In this document: positions 25,194 through 37,160 of the stretch, one piece after another | Numbering within the stretch: position 1 is the stretch's first letter | How the letters are laid out: the number at the start of each line of letters is the position of its first letter | NCBI RefSeq assembly: GCF_963921235.1 | Contig: NC_086108.1 | Span: 10,230,001 to 10,294,000 of the forward strand | Origin: Mobula hypostoma | Taxonomy: Eukaryota | Reading direction: 5' to 3' | Length of the DNA: 64,000 nucleotides | Notes under the pieces: generated by a model | Database searches by the model: none | Told to the model about the DNA's origin: nothing | Seen by the model: only the letters and a program-made list of their open reading frames with translations | Made by a program: the position numbers and the translations under genes

Positions 25194-26129
25194 ATGAGTG
25201 TGATGGCAGCTTGTTGTTCTCCGTGTCGGATGTGGAAGGTTCTGGAGTCTCCCAGCCTCCCAGACATCCACATCTGCGCCAGGTGCGCTGAGCTGCAGCT
25301 CCTAAGGGACCATGCTAGGAAACGGGAGCTGCAGCTCGATGACCCTTGTCTGGTCAGGGAGAGTGAGAAGTTGATAGAGATGAGTTACAGGCAAGTGGTC
25401 ACACCGGGGCCACGGGAGGCAGACCAGTGGGTCACAGTTAGGAGGGGGAAGGGGACGAGTCAGGTAATAGAGAGTACCCCGGTGGCTGTGCCCCTTAACA
25501 ATAGGTACTCCTGTTTGAGTACTGTTGGAGGGAACAACTTACCTGGGGGAAGCGGCAGTGGCCGTGCCTCCGGCACAGAGTCCGGCCCTGTAGCTCAGAA
25601 GGGTAGGGAAAGGAAGAGGAGGGCAGTTGTACTAGGGGACTCGATAGTAAGGGGGTCAGATAGGCGATTCTGTGGATGCAGTCAGGAGACCCCGATGGTA
25701 GTTTGCCTCCTTGGTGCCAGGGTCCGGGACATTTCTGATCACGTCCAAGATATCCTGAAGTGGAAGGGTGAGGAGCCAGACGTCGTGGTACATATAGGTA
25801 CCAATGACATAGGTAGGAAAAGGGAAGAGATCCTGAAAGGAGAATATAGGGAGTTAGGAAGGGAGTTGAGAGGAAGGACCGCAAAGGTAGTAATCTCGGG
25901 ATTACTGCCTGTGCCACGCGACAGTGAGAGTAGGAATGGAATGAGGTGGAAGATAAATGTGTGGCTGAGGGATTGGAGCAGGGGGCAGGGATTCAAGTTT
26001 CTGGATCGTTGGGACCTTTTTTGGTGCAGATGTGACCTGTACGAAAAGGATGGGTTGCACTTGAATCCTAAGGGGACCAATATCCTGGCCGGGAGATTTG
26101 TGAAGTCTACTGGGGAGACTTTAAGCTAG
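25194..26129 (+). CDS. CR1 ORF1p: N-terminal Cys zinc-finger/leucine-zipper region plus SGNH esterase-like domain (311 aa from ATG 25194)
   Basis: CSPC..CARC, GDSIVRG, HIGTNDI and DGLHLN motifs; frame open. Confidence 0.9.
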   Translation: MSVMAACCSPCRMWKVLESPSLPDIHICARCAELQLLRDHARKRELQLDDPCLVRESEKLIEMSYRQVVTPGPREADQWVTVRRGKGTSQVIESTPVAVPLNNRYSCLSTVGGNNLPGGSGSGRASGTESGPVAQKGRERKRRAVVLGDSIVRGSDRRFCGCSQETPMVVCLLGARVRDISDHVQDILKWKGEEPDVVVHIGTNDIGRKREEILKGEYRELGRELRGRTAKVVISGLLPVPRDSESRNGMRWKINVWLRDWSRGQGFKFLDRWDLFWCRCDLYEKDGLHLNPKGTNILAGRFVKSTGETLS

Positions 26130-26339
26130 AATGGTTGGGGGGTGGGAATCAAATTGAAGAGAGTAGGAGAGAGGTGGTTAGTTCACAAATAGAGAAAGCT
26201 AGTAGACAGTGTGTGAGGGAGGATAGACAGGGGACAGAGATCAGGAGCACTCAGACCAAAGATGTACGGGACAAGGAAGAAAAAGATAACAAAGTTGTTT
26301 GCACCATTTGGGATAAACAGAGAATAAGAGGTGGAGAGT

Positions 26340-29115
26340 TTCTTAAATGCATCTATTTTAATGCTAGGAGCATTGTAAGAAAGGTGGGTGAGTTTAGAGC
26401 ATGGATTGATACCTGGAAATATGATGTTGTAGCTATTAGTGAAACATGGTTGCAGGAGGGGTGTGATTGGCAACTAAATATTCCTGGATTTTGTTGCTTC
26501 AGGTGTGATAGAATTGGAGGGGCAAGAGGGGGAGGGGTTGCATTGCTTGTACAGCGGTGCTTTGGCAGGATAGATTAGAGGACTCATCAAGGGAGGATAT
26601 TTGGGTGGGATTGAGGAATGGGAAAGGTGTAGTAACGCATATGGGGAGCGAGAATTGGAGGAGCAAATTTGTAAGGAGATAGCAGATATTTGTAGTAAGC
26701 ACAAGGTTGTGATTGTGGGAGGTTTTAATTTTCCACACATAGACTGGGAAACCCATTCTGTAAAAGGAATGCATGGTTTGGAGTTTGTAAAATGTGTGCA
26801 GGATAGTTTTTTTGCAGCAATACATAGAGGTACCAACTAGAGAAGGGGCAGTGTTGGATCTCCCGTTAGGGAATGAGACAGGGCAGGTGATGGAGGAATG
26901 TGTTGGGGAGCACTTCGGCTCCAGTGATCGCAATGCCATTAGTTTCAATATAATTATAGAGAAGGATAGGACTGGACCCAGGGTTGAGATTTTTGATTGG
27001 AGAAAGGCTAACTTTGAGGAGATGTGAAAGGATTTAGAAGGGGTGGATTGGGACAATTTGTTTTATGGGAAGGATGTAATAGAGAAATGGAGGTCATTTA
27101 AAGGTGAAATTTTGAAGGTACAGAATCTTTATGCTCTTGTTAGGTTGAAAGGAAAGGTTAAAAGTTTGAGAGAGCCATGGTTTTCAAGGGATAATGGAAA
27201 CTTGGTTCGGAAAAAGAAAGAGATCTACAATAGATATAGGCAGCTTGGAGTAAATGAGGTGCTCGAGGAATATAAAGAATGTAAAAAGAATCTGAAGAAA
27301 GAAATTAGAAAAGCTAAAAGATATGAGGTTGCTTTGGCAAGTAAGGTGAAAATAAATCCAAAGGGTTTCGACAGTTATATTAATATGAAAAGGATAGTAA
27401 GGGATAAAATTGGTCCCGTAGAGAATCAGAGTGGACGGCTATGTGCGGAGCCAAAAGAGTTGGGGGAGATTTTAAACAATTTCTTTTCTTTGGTATTTAT
27501 TAAGGAGAAAGATATTGAATTGTGTAAGGTAAGGGAAACAAGTAGGGTAGTAATGGAAACTATGATGACTAATGAAGAGGAAGTACTGGCGCTCTTAAGG
27601 AATATAAAAGTGGATAGGTCTCTGGGTCCTGACAGGATATTCCCTCAGACCTTGAGGGAAGTTAGTGTGGAAATAGCAGGGGCTCTGACAGAAATATCTT
27701 AAATGTCATTAGAAACGGGGATGGAGACGGAGGATTGGCGTATTGATCATGTTGTTCCATTGTTTAAAAAGGGTTCTAAGAGTAAACCTACCAATTATCG
27801 GCCTGTGAGTTTGACGTCAGTGGTGGGTAAATTGATGGAAAGTATTCTTAGAGATGGTATATATAATTATATGGATAGACAGGGTCTGGTTAGGAACAGT
27901 CAACATGGATTTGTGCGTGGAGGGTCATGTTTGACAAATCTTATTGAATTTTTTTGAAGAAGTTACTAGGAAAGTTGATGAGGGTAAAGTGGTGGATGGT
28001 GTTTATATGGACTTCAGTAAAGCCTTTGACAAGGTTCTATGCGGAAGGTTACTTAGGAAGGTTCAATCGTTAGGTATTAATATTGAAGTAGTAAAATGGA
28101 TTCAGCAGTGGCTGGATGGGAGATGCCAGAGAGTAGTGGTGGATAACTGTGTGTCAGATTGGAGGCTGGTGACTAGTGGTGTGCCTCAGGGATCTGTACT
28201 GGGTCCAGTGTTGTTTGTCATATACATTAATGATCTGGATGATGGGGTGGTAAATTGGATTAGTAAGTATGCAGATGATACTAAGATAGGTGGAGTTGTG
28301 GATAATGAAGTAGGTTTTCAAAGCTTGCAGAGAGATTTAGGCCATTTAGAAGAGTGGGCTGAAAGATGGCAGATGGAGTTTAATGCTGATAAGTGTGAGG
28401 TGCTACATTTTGGTAGGACTAATCAAAATAGGACATACATGGTAAATGGTAGGGCATTGAAGAATGCAGTAGAACAGAGGGATCTAGGAATAATGGTGCA
28501 TAGTTCCCTGAAGGTGGATTCTCATGTGGATAGGGTGGTGAAGAAAGCTTTTGGTATGCTGGCCTTCATAAATCAGAGCATTGAGTATAGGGGTTAGGAT
28601 GTAATGTTGAAATTGTACAAGGCATTGGTAAGGCCAGATTTGGAGTATTGTGTACAGTTCTGGTCACTGAATTATAGGAAAAATGTCAACAAAATTGGGA
28701 GAGTACAGAGAAGATTTACTAGAATGTTACCTGGATTCCAGCACCTAAGTTACAGAGAAAGGTTGAACAAATTGTGTCTTTGTTCTTTGGAGCGTAGAAG
28801 GTTGAGGGGGGATGGACCTGATAGAGGTATTTAAAATTATGAGGGGAATTGATAGAGTTGATGTGGATAGGCTTTTTCCATTGAGAGCGGGAGAGATTCA
28901 AACAAGAGGACATGAGTTGAGATTTAAAGGGCAAAAGTTTAGGGGTAACATGAGGGGGAACTTCTTTACTCAAGGAATGTGTAGCTGTGTGGAACGAGCT
29001 TCCAGCAGAAGTGGTTGAGGCAGGTTTGATGTTGTCATTTAAAGTTAAATTGGACAGCTATATGGACAAGAAAGGAATGGAGGGTTATGGGCTGAGTGCA
29101 GATCGGTGGGACTAG
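26340..29115 (+). pseudogene. CR1 ORF2 (APE endonuclease + reverse transcriptase), broken by many stops and frameshifts
   Basis: YFNARSI, ISETWL, GGFNFP, SDR, NYRPVSLTS, SGVPQGSVLGP and KYADDTK spread over at least 8 separate ORFs. Confidence 0.95.
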
Positions 29116-29949
29116 GTGAGAGTAAGAGTTCGGCATGGACTAGAAGGGCCGAGATGGCCTGTTTCCGTGTTGTAATTGTTATATAGTTATATGGTTATAT
29201 GGTTATACTTGAGAACCAAAAGGCAGTAGTTTAAGATTTTCACCACAAAGCCTGATTTCTCAGAGACATGCTCTTGGAAAAAGTTACTCTAGGTGGATGT
29301 GTGAAGAAGTTGGTGCTGATTTCTTTCAGGCCCATTGAAAGGAGTTATCAAGGCCAGGAAGGCAACATGGGTGAATAAGCTGTCAAGTGCTTTGAAACAT
29401 GTAAAGAACGATTCATATCCAAGCTCGCATTCAGCCACTTATCATGAAATGTTGATCAATTGTAACAAAAATTTCAGTACCAATGCTCCATTCTTTTATT
29501 GTGGGAACCTTTGAATGAAGGGCCACTTAGGAAATTGCTTCTAATTAAAAACTGCATAAAAGTATGAAAGATGAACACTGTGGAAAAAAGGCACAGATGT
29601 AGTTGATTATTTAAAAAATCTGCTAATTGATTTTACGAAGAGAGTGCACAGCACTGTTATGTGTGGAGAGGCTGATGTAAAAAATACAATGAGAAAGAAC
29701 AGTTATTTCATGCTGAAAATTAAATTATTTCTAATAAAGGTTTATGTGGGCTTCGTCATTTCACTTTTTCTTTGGGACTATGCAACTTCCAGCAAATCGC
29801 AAGAGGTAGAAGCAGGAGTTGGCTATTCGGCCCATTGTACCTGTTCTGTCAGTCAATAAGATTTTGACTGAACCTTTATATCACTGCATTCATCCCATTT
29901 CACTTAATTTCGGTAAAATTCTAAAATCTATTGACTTCTGCTTTACATG

Positions 29950-30292
29950 CACTCTGTTTCCACTTTATAGGTACACCTGTACATCTGATACATCTAATCA
30001 TCTGGCAGCAACTCAATGCATAAAAGCATGCGGACATGATCAAGAGCTTCAGTTGTTGTTCAGACCAAACATCAGAATGGGGAAGAAATGTGATCTAAGT
30101 GACTTTGACATGGAATGATTGCCTGTGGCAGATGGGGTGGTTTGAGTATCTCAGAAACTGCTGATCTCCTGAGATTTTCACACATATCACTCTCTAGAGT
30201 TTCCAGAGAATGGTGTGAACAAAATACATTCCAATGCATTGCAGTTCTGTGGGTGAAAATGCCTTGTTAATGAGGGAAGTCAGGAGAGAGAG
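29950..30292 (+). mobile_element. Tc1-like DNA transposon left end with the transposase N-terminus (decayed)
   Basis: MGKKCDLSDFD..GGLSISETADLL.FSH..SRV.REWCE (paired-like HTH start), preceded by TIR-like ccactttataggtaca. Confidence 0.8.
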
Positions 30293-30424
30293 GTCAGGAG
30301 ATTGGGGCTTAGCGGCAGATCAATCAGCCATGATGGAATGGCAGAGCAGACTTGATGGGCCAAATGTCATAATTCTGCTCCTATATCTTATGGTCTGAAG
30401 GATCTATCAGGTCTGATACGGTTG

Positions 30425-30823
30425 CATGAAAGCATCCTCCATGGACACTGTCTACACATCTTGCTGCCCAAGCAAGGCTGACAGCATAATCAAAGCCCTC
30501 ACCCACCCTGGACATTTACTCTTCTCCACTCTTCCATCAGGTAGAAGATTCAAAAAGCATGAAAGTGCACACTGCCAGGTTTAAGGACAGCTTCAAAAAG
30601 GCGACATCCATCATTAAGGACCCCATCACCCAGGACATGCCACCTTCCCATTGCTTCCATCAGGAAGGAGGTACAGGAGCCTGAATACCCACACTCAATG
30701 ATTCAGGAACAGCTTCTTCCTGATTTCTGAACAGACATTGAACCCATGGACACTACCTCACTACTTGCTTTCTCTGTTTTTGCACTTCTTATTTAATTTA
30801 ACTTTTTAATGTATGCTTCTTAC
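30425..30823 (+). mobile_element. Two adjacent Rex-type LINE 3' fragments; the second continues at 36152-36270
   Basis: IIK...HPGH..F..LPSGRR remnants twice; tail (GATTCT)n at 36250-36270. Confidence 0.75.
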
Positions 30824-30829
30824 TATAGC

Positions 30830-31354
30830 TGTTGCAACGGATGAGGTGAACCCGAATGCAGGACACAGGCACGGAGATTGAGTTAGGGTGCAGACGTGGG
30901 CATGAGCATTGAACGGCAAACAGGAGGGAGTGCAGGAAAGCAGGAGGCAGGCAGAACTTATCATGACATGGAGCGTAGAAGGGAAAATGGCAGACAAAAC
31001 TTATCTTAGCACAGAGAGACGGAGTTACACAGGCAAACCTTGGTGCTGAAGTAAAACTTAGAGTACTTATCTTGACATGGAGAGACAGAGTTCACAGGTA
31101 AATCTCGGTACTGAAGCAAAACTTAGAACACACAATCCTAAGCAGCTGGGAAACGTTAATTACCACACTGGCAAAACCAACGATCTGGCAACTAGTGGGT
31201 GCAAAGCTGGGGTTTTTAGGCTGCAGGTCTTGATGAAAACCAGGTGTGCCGCCATCAAAGGAAATTAGGAGAAAATGGGGAATTAATGTTGGAACCATAA
31301 CACAATCAAAGGGAATTAGGATAAAATGGGGAATTAACAGTTGGGACCATGACA
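30830..31354 (-). repeat. 3' LTR (525 bp; contains a ~50-bp duplication absent from the 5' LTR)
   Basis: Direct repeat of 35511-35985; the atcaaagg..aattagg..aaaatggggaattaa block occurs twice. Confidence 0.97.
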
Positions 31355-31412
31355 GTACCACCCCACCTCATTGGGAGCCTCCAGGCGAACCAATAGGTTT
31401 GTCCAGATTGTC

Positions 31413-34400
31413 TCAATGGAAATCTCGGATGAGGGAGGGGTCCAAGATGAAGGAATGGGGAATCCAGGTGCGCTCCTCAGGGCCGTATCCCTCCCAATCG
31501 ACCAGGTACTGGAGACCCCGCCTCGTCGGCACACATCCAGTATTCGTCAGATGGTGTACGCTGAGTGATCGTCGATGACCTGGCAGGTGGAGGAGGTTCA
31601 GCAGGAGGGCACAAAGGGCTGACAGACACGGTTTCAGTTGAGAGATGTGGAATGTGGGATGAATGTGCATGGATCTGGACAGTTTGAGTTTGACCACCAA
31701 GGGGTTGACGAGGCTCCCGATTTCGAATGACCCGAGGTAACGAGGGGCGAGTTTCTTCAGTTCATTCTTGAGAGAGATGTCTTTTGAAGAGAACCAAACC
31801 TTCTAACCAGCCCGATGGTTGGGCGCAGGAATTCGATGGCGATCGGCAATCCTCTGGTTGCAGTTAGCTGAGCGGAGCAGGGCTGCGCGTGCATCCTTCC
31901 AGACCTTGCGGCACCGGTGGAGATGGGCCTGAACTGAAGGCACAGCAACGTCGTCTTCATGGGCAGGAAACAGGAGGTTGATAACCAAGGGAGCATTCGA
32001 AGGGAGACATTCCAGTGGCGGTGCATACCAGGGAGTTGTGGGCGTACTCCACCCAAGTGAGATGGGTGCTCCAGGATGTCGGGTTGTGCTGCTTCCAAAT
32101 CATGGTTTTCCCCTTCTGTTTGACCGTTAGTCTGTGGATGGAAACCGGAAGACAGACTTACTGAGGCTCCAAGGGCTTGACAGAGGGATCTCCGGATTTG
32201 AGAGATGAATTGGGGGCCCCGGTCAGAAACAATGTCAGAGGGAATTCCATGAAGGCAGAGTACGTGATGGACAAAGAGGTCGGCTGTTTCACGGGCTGTA
32301 GGGAGTTTGGGAAAGGCTATGAAGTGAATGGCTTTGGTTCGGCGGGGGATAGATGGCGAGAGAAGAAGGCGCAGGGTTGGAGTTTTTGGTCTGGGACTGA
32401 GCATTGGGAGAAGACCACTCCCACCCCAGAGGCGAACCAGGAAGTGTGCCCCCACTGGAGAACCTGAGATCGAACAGAGTCAGGCGCGAAGAGGCGACTG
32501 GGGGGTCCATTGCCTGGGTCAGGTTGGGTCTGTTGGGCCTCTTTGACTATGGATTCGATCTCCCAGGTGAGGGCAGCCACTACACAGGATGTGGACGGAT
32601 GGTATCAGGGTTGGGAAGGTCCTCCTCGGAGACGTATTGATGAGAGAGAGCATCGGGCATCCCGTTCTTGGAACCAGGACAATAAGTGAGGGTGAATTTG
32701 AAATGGCCAAAAAATAATGCCTAACGGGCTTGGCAGGAATTAAGGCGTTTAGCGGTTTGGATGTATGCCAGGTTCTTATGGTGTGTCTAGACGATGAATG
32801 GATGTTCAGCTCCCTCCAGCCAGTGCCTCCACTTCTCCAAGACGAGTCTGACGGGCAGCAACTCCCAGTTCCCAATGTCGTAATCTGGTTCGGCGGGGGA
32901 TAGATGGCAAGAGAAGAAGGCACGGGGTTGGAGTTTTTGGTCTGGGACTGAGCATTGGGAGAGGACCACTCCCACCCCAGAGTTGAAGGCGTCGACTTCC
33001 ACAATGAATTGGCGAGAGGGGTCTGGTTGGACCGGGATGGGAGCGGAGGTGAAACGCCTCTTCAGATCCGAGAAGGCTGAGTCCGCTTCGGGGGTCCAGT
33101 GAAAAGGGTCGCAGGAGAGGTGAGCTGAGTAAGGGGCACTGCCACCCGGCTGTGATCCCTGATAAAGTGACAGTAGAAGTTTGTGAACCCCAGAAATCGC
33201 TGGAGTTGTTTGAGCGTCATGGGTTTTGGCCATTCTGCCACCGCCCGGATCTTTTCAGGATCCGCGCTCACTTGCCCGCTCTGAATGATGTACCCCAGGA
33301 AACTGACAGGACGGGCATGGAACTCACACTTCTCAGCCTTAACGAATAGCTTGTTCTCCAAAAGTCTCTGAAGAAACTGACGGACATGGTGGGTGTGTTC
33401 CTGAAGACTACGGGAGAAGATTAGGATGTCGTCCAAATAAACGAAAATGAAACCGTTAATAAGGTCCCTAAGGACGTCGCTTACCAGGGCTTGGAAGATG
33501 GCGGGGGCATTGGTGAGACCGAGTGGCATGACCAGATATTCGAAATGACCAAGAGGGGTGTTAAAAGCATCTCCTTCCTTTATCCTGACCAGGTGATAGG
33601 CATTCCGCAGGTCCAACTCAGAGAAAATTGTGGGTCCGGGAAGGGGTTCGAAAGCAGAGTTGATAAGGGGCAGTGGATACTTATTCTTTATGGTGATGCT
33701 GTTCAGGCCATGGTAGTCAACGCAGGGGCGCAGTGAGCCGTCTTTCTTCTCCACAAGAAAGAACCCTGCGCCTACAGGAGAAGATGAGGGTCGGATAATG
33801 CCAGCCGCCAGAGAATCATGTAGGTAAGCCTCCATTGCTTCTCTTTCTGGTCGGGACAGGTTGTACAGCCGACTGGTGGGTAGTGAGGCTCCAGGGAGAA
33901 GGTCAATTGCGCAATTGGAAGGGCGGTGTGGAGGCAGGGAAAGAGCCCATTGTTTGCTAAACACTTTTCCCAGATAGTGATACTCTACTGGAACCTTGGA
34001 TAAGTCGGGGGTTCAGAGGTGGACGAGGTCACAGTGACCTCCACTGGGGAAAGGGCTGATTGTAGACAAGTGGAATGGCAGAACAAACTCCGGCTGACTG
34101 TCTTCCCGGTGGGCTAGTCGATGTGGGGGTTACGACGGCTTAACCAGGGGTAACCAAGAACTATAGGGGCTTGAGGAGAGGAAATTAAATTTAATCGTAC
34201 CTGTTCCCGATGGTTTCCGGAGAGAAAGAGAGGCAGGTGTTCTGTGCAGTGTGTGACTCGGGCCAGTAGTCTATCGTCCAGTGCCCGGGCTTCCAGGGGG
34301 TATTCAATGGCTCATGAGGAATTCTGGCTAAGTTTTCATCCAGAAAGTTTCCCTCTGCGCCGGAGTCCACTAGTGCCAACAGAGGCAAGGACTGTTGGTT

Positions 34401-34500
34401 GTAATGCAAAGTGGCTCGAAGCTGCATCCGGGGTCGGGGCACGGAAGGGAATGTTGTCTGGCTCACCACGGTCCCCCCTGCTACTGGTGAGCCTTCCCTT
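31413..34500 (-). pseudogene. pol: pol: protease, RT, RNase H, partly deleted integrase, chromodomain; frameshifted
   Basis: [78 protein letters not shown]. Confidence 0.95.
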
Positions 34501-35502
34501 TTTGGCTGAAGAGGGCAGGTGGCAAAGAAGTGACTGGACTGGCCGCAATATAGACACTCACCTGCTCTCATTCTCCGAAGTCGTTCAACGGGAGAAAGGC
34601 AGTTTCTCTCTTGGGGCGGTGGAAATGACAGGGCTGGGAGCTACTCGGGGTGCAGAAGGAGGATAGAGGTTTGGGCTGGCGGGAGGCAGTAATGAGTGCT
34701 GAGGAATGGCCAAAGGTGGTGGACGACCAGTTCTTTCTCTATGGCGTTCTCGAAGACGATTGTCCAACCTGGTGGCTAGGGAGATCAATGAATCCAGGCT
34801 GTTGGTGTCATCTCTTGCCGCCGACTCGTCTTTCACCATGTCGCTGAGACCGTTCCGAAATACCTCTTGGAGTGTCTCATCGTTCCACCCTGAGTCAGCC
34901 GCTAACGTCCAGAACTCCATGGGATATTCGGCGACACAGCGTGAGCCCTGGAGGAGAGTGAGTAGACGCTTGGCGGTGTCTTTACCACAGATGGGGTGGT
35001 CAAAGATCTTTCTCGTTTCCGCGATAAAGGTGGCGAAGGAAGAGCAGATATCCGGTTGGTTATCCCAAAAGGATGTGCCCACGCTAATGCACTTCCCCGC
35101 AACAACCCCATGATATAAGCAATCTTTGATTTATCCATGGAGTATGTGGACGACTGCTGTTCAAACACCAAGGAGCACTGAAAAAGGAAGGCCCGGCCCT
35201 TCCCCAAATCTCCAGTGTAGTGCTCCAGTTCAGGTATGTGAGGCTGTCTTGGTGGGGGTTTTGCTGACACATAGGGGGGGTGGTGCTGCTACTGACTGTC
35301 TGTGCTGGCTTGGCTGGGTTCCAGGAGTGGGTTGAGTGAAAAGAGTGGGGACACGGTCCACCTGGTTACCGATCTGCGTGACGTGAGCAGACAGGGAACG
35401 GAGGTTCTTCATGACCTCCCGGAGGAGTTGGTCGTGCTGTCCCAGTATAGTACCCTGGCTGGCGAGGGCTTGTTAAAGGGTGTTTGTGTCCGCTGGGTCC
35501 AT
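34481..35502 (-). pseudogene. gag: gag with CCHC zinc knuckle; frameshifted
   Basis: Starts MDPADT 8 nt after the 5' LTR; FLFQCSLVF..KIAYIMGLLRGSALAWA; CLYCGQSSHFFATC. Confidence 0.92.
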
Positions 35503-35510
35503 GATGGCCA

Positions 35511-35985
35511 TGTTGCAGTGGACGAGGCGAACCCAAACGCAGGACACAGGCCCGGAGATTGAGTTAGGATGCAGATGTGGGCATGAGCGTTGAACGGCAA
35601 ACAGGAGGGAGTGCAGGAAAGCAGGAGGCAGGCAAAATTTATCTTGACACAGAGCGTAGAAGGGAAAATGGCAGACAAAACTTTTCTTAGCACAGAGAGA
35701 CGGAGTTACACAGGTAAACCTCGGTGCTGAAGTAAAACTTAGAATACTTATCTTGACATGGAGAGACTGAGTTTCACAGGTAAACCTTGGAACTAGAGTA
35801 GAACTTAGAACGCACAACCCTAAGCAGCCGGGAAACGTTAATTACCACACTGGCAAAACCAACGATCTGGCAACTAGTGGGTGCAAAGCTGGGGTTCTTA
35901 GGCTGCAGGTCTTGATGAAAACCAGGTGTGCCGCCATCAAAGAAAATTAGGAGAAAATGGGGAATTAACAGTCGGGACCATGACA
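35511..35985 (-). repeat. 5' LTR (475 bp)
   Basis: Direct repeat of 30830-31354, with roughly 30 differences counted by eye, many at CpG. Confidence 0.97.
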
Positions 35986-35990
35986 ATAGC

Positions 35991-36151
35991 TTTCCTCAGC
36001 TTTGTTTCTCCAGTCCTGCCGAAGGGTTTCAGTCCAAAACATCGACTGTACTCTTTTCTATAGATGCTGCCTGGCCTGCTGAGTTCCTCCAGAATTTTGT
36101 GCGTGTTGCTCGGATTTCCAGCATCTGCAGATTGTCTCTTGTTTGTGATTG
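35991..36151 (+). mobile_element. Penelope terminal-repeat fragment
   Basis: cagtcctgccgaagggtttcagtccaaaacatcgactg plus the shared tail; flanked at a distance by GCTTCTTAC (30815 and 36152). Confidence 0.8.
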
Positions 36152-36627
36152 GCTTCTTACCATGATTTACAGTTTTCTTTATTATGTATTGCAATAGTCT
36201 GCAGCCGCAAAACAACTGATTTCACAACATATGCCAGTGAGACAAAACCTGATTCTGATTCTGATTCTGTTCTACCATTATAAGATGACTAAATGATTAA
36301 AATATGGTCTCTTGATCTCACAATCTACCTAGTTATGATCTTGCACTTTATCGCTTACCCGCACTTCATTTGCTCTATAAGTACTGCACTTTCTTCTGCA
36401 TTGTTATTGTTTTACCTCGTTCTACCTCAATGCACCGTGTAATGATTTGATCTGTAGAAACAGCATTCAAAGCAAGCTTTTCCCTGTATCTTGGTACATG
36501 ACACTAATAAACCAATTCCAATTCTATTAAACTCTGAGTTCACATATGGTTTAACTGCTGCAGCAAAACTGCAAGATATATCTTTCTCCCATCTGCTGTC
36601 CCAACCTCCTTCCATCCATCTTTCCTT

Positions 36628-37160
36628 TGAACTTTTATCGAGGTGCGACAGAGAGCATACTGACATATGGAATGATGGTGTGGAACTCTAGCTGCAGCAA
36701 GACAGATCACAAAGCTCTCCAGTGGGTGATTAGGACGGCTCGGCACATCACTGAGACTCAACTATCGGACCTGGAGCCAATCTACAAGTCTCGTTGCCTA
36801 CAGCGTACTTGTAACATCATTAAAGCCTCATCCCATCTTGGACACTGTCTGTTCAATCTCCTGCCATCTGGTAGGAGACACAGAAACATCTTTGACAAGA
36901 CAGTAAAACTGAAAAACAACTTCTTCCCCAGGGCTGTTGTGCAGCTGAATAATGCTACACTGCGGATTGCCAATAGCCTTTAAGTGTTATGGACTATCGA
37001 AGTCACTTGTTGCATGTAAATATGGGAATTTTCTTTTTAATTACTTAGCTGTGCCACATGCATTGTAAATATCTGCTTTACATGGACTGGGGTACCACCA
37101 CAATCTCGTTGTCTTGTCTTGAACAATGACAATAAAGTTCTATTCTATTCTATTCTATTC
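36628..37160 (+). mobile_element. Rex1/Babar-type LINE 3' fragment
   Basis: ORF 36627-36983 FYRGATESILTY..LLPSGRRHR; AATAAA plus (ATTCT)n tail; possible TSD TTCCTT. Confidence 0.9.

Larger units (their letters stand above)
24807..29207 (+). mobile_element. Near full-length CR1 LINE (5' UTR, ORF1, disrupted ORF2, tail)
   Basis: Duplicated 5' block, esterase ORF1, endonuclease and RT pieces in order, 3' tail (GGTTATAT)n at ~29178-29207. Confidence 0.97.
30830..35985 (-). mobile_element. Complete but decayed Ty3/gypsy LTR retrotransposon, Sushi-like chromovirus
   Basis: Two LTRs with TG..CA ends, 5-bp TSD ATAGC (30825-30829 / 35986-35990), PPT gaggtggggtggtac next to the 3' LTR, domain order gag-PR-RT-RH-IN-chromodomain. 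Confidence 0.98.
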
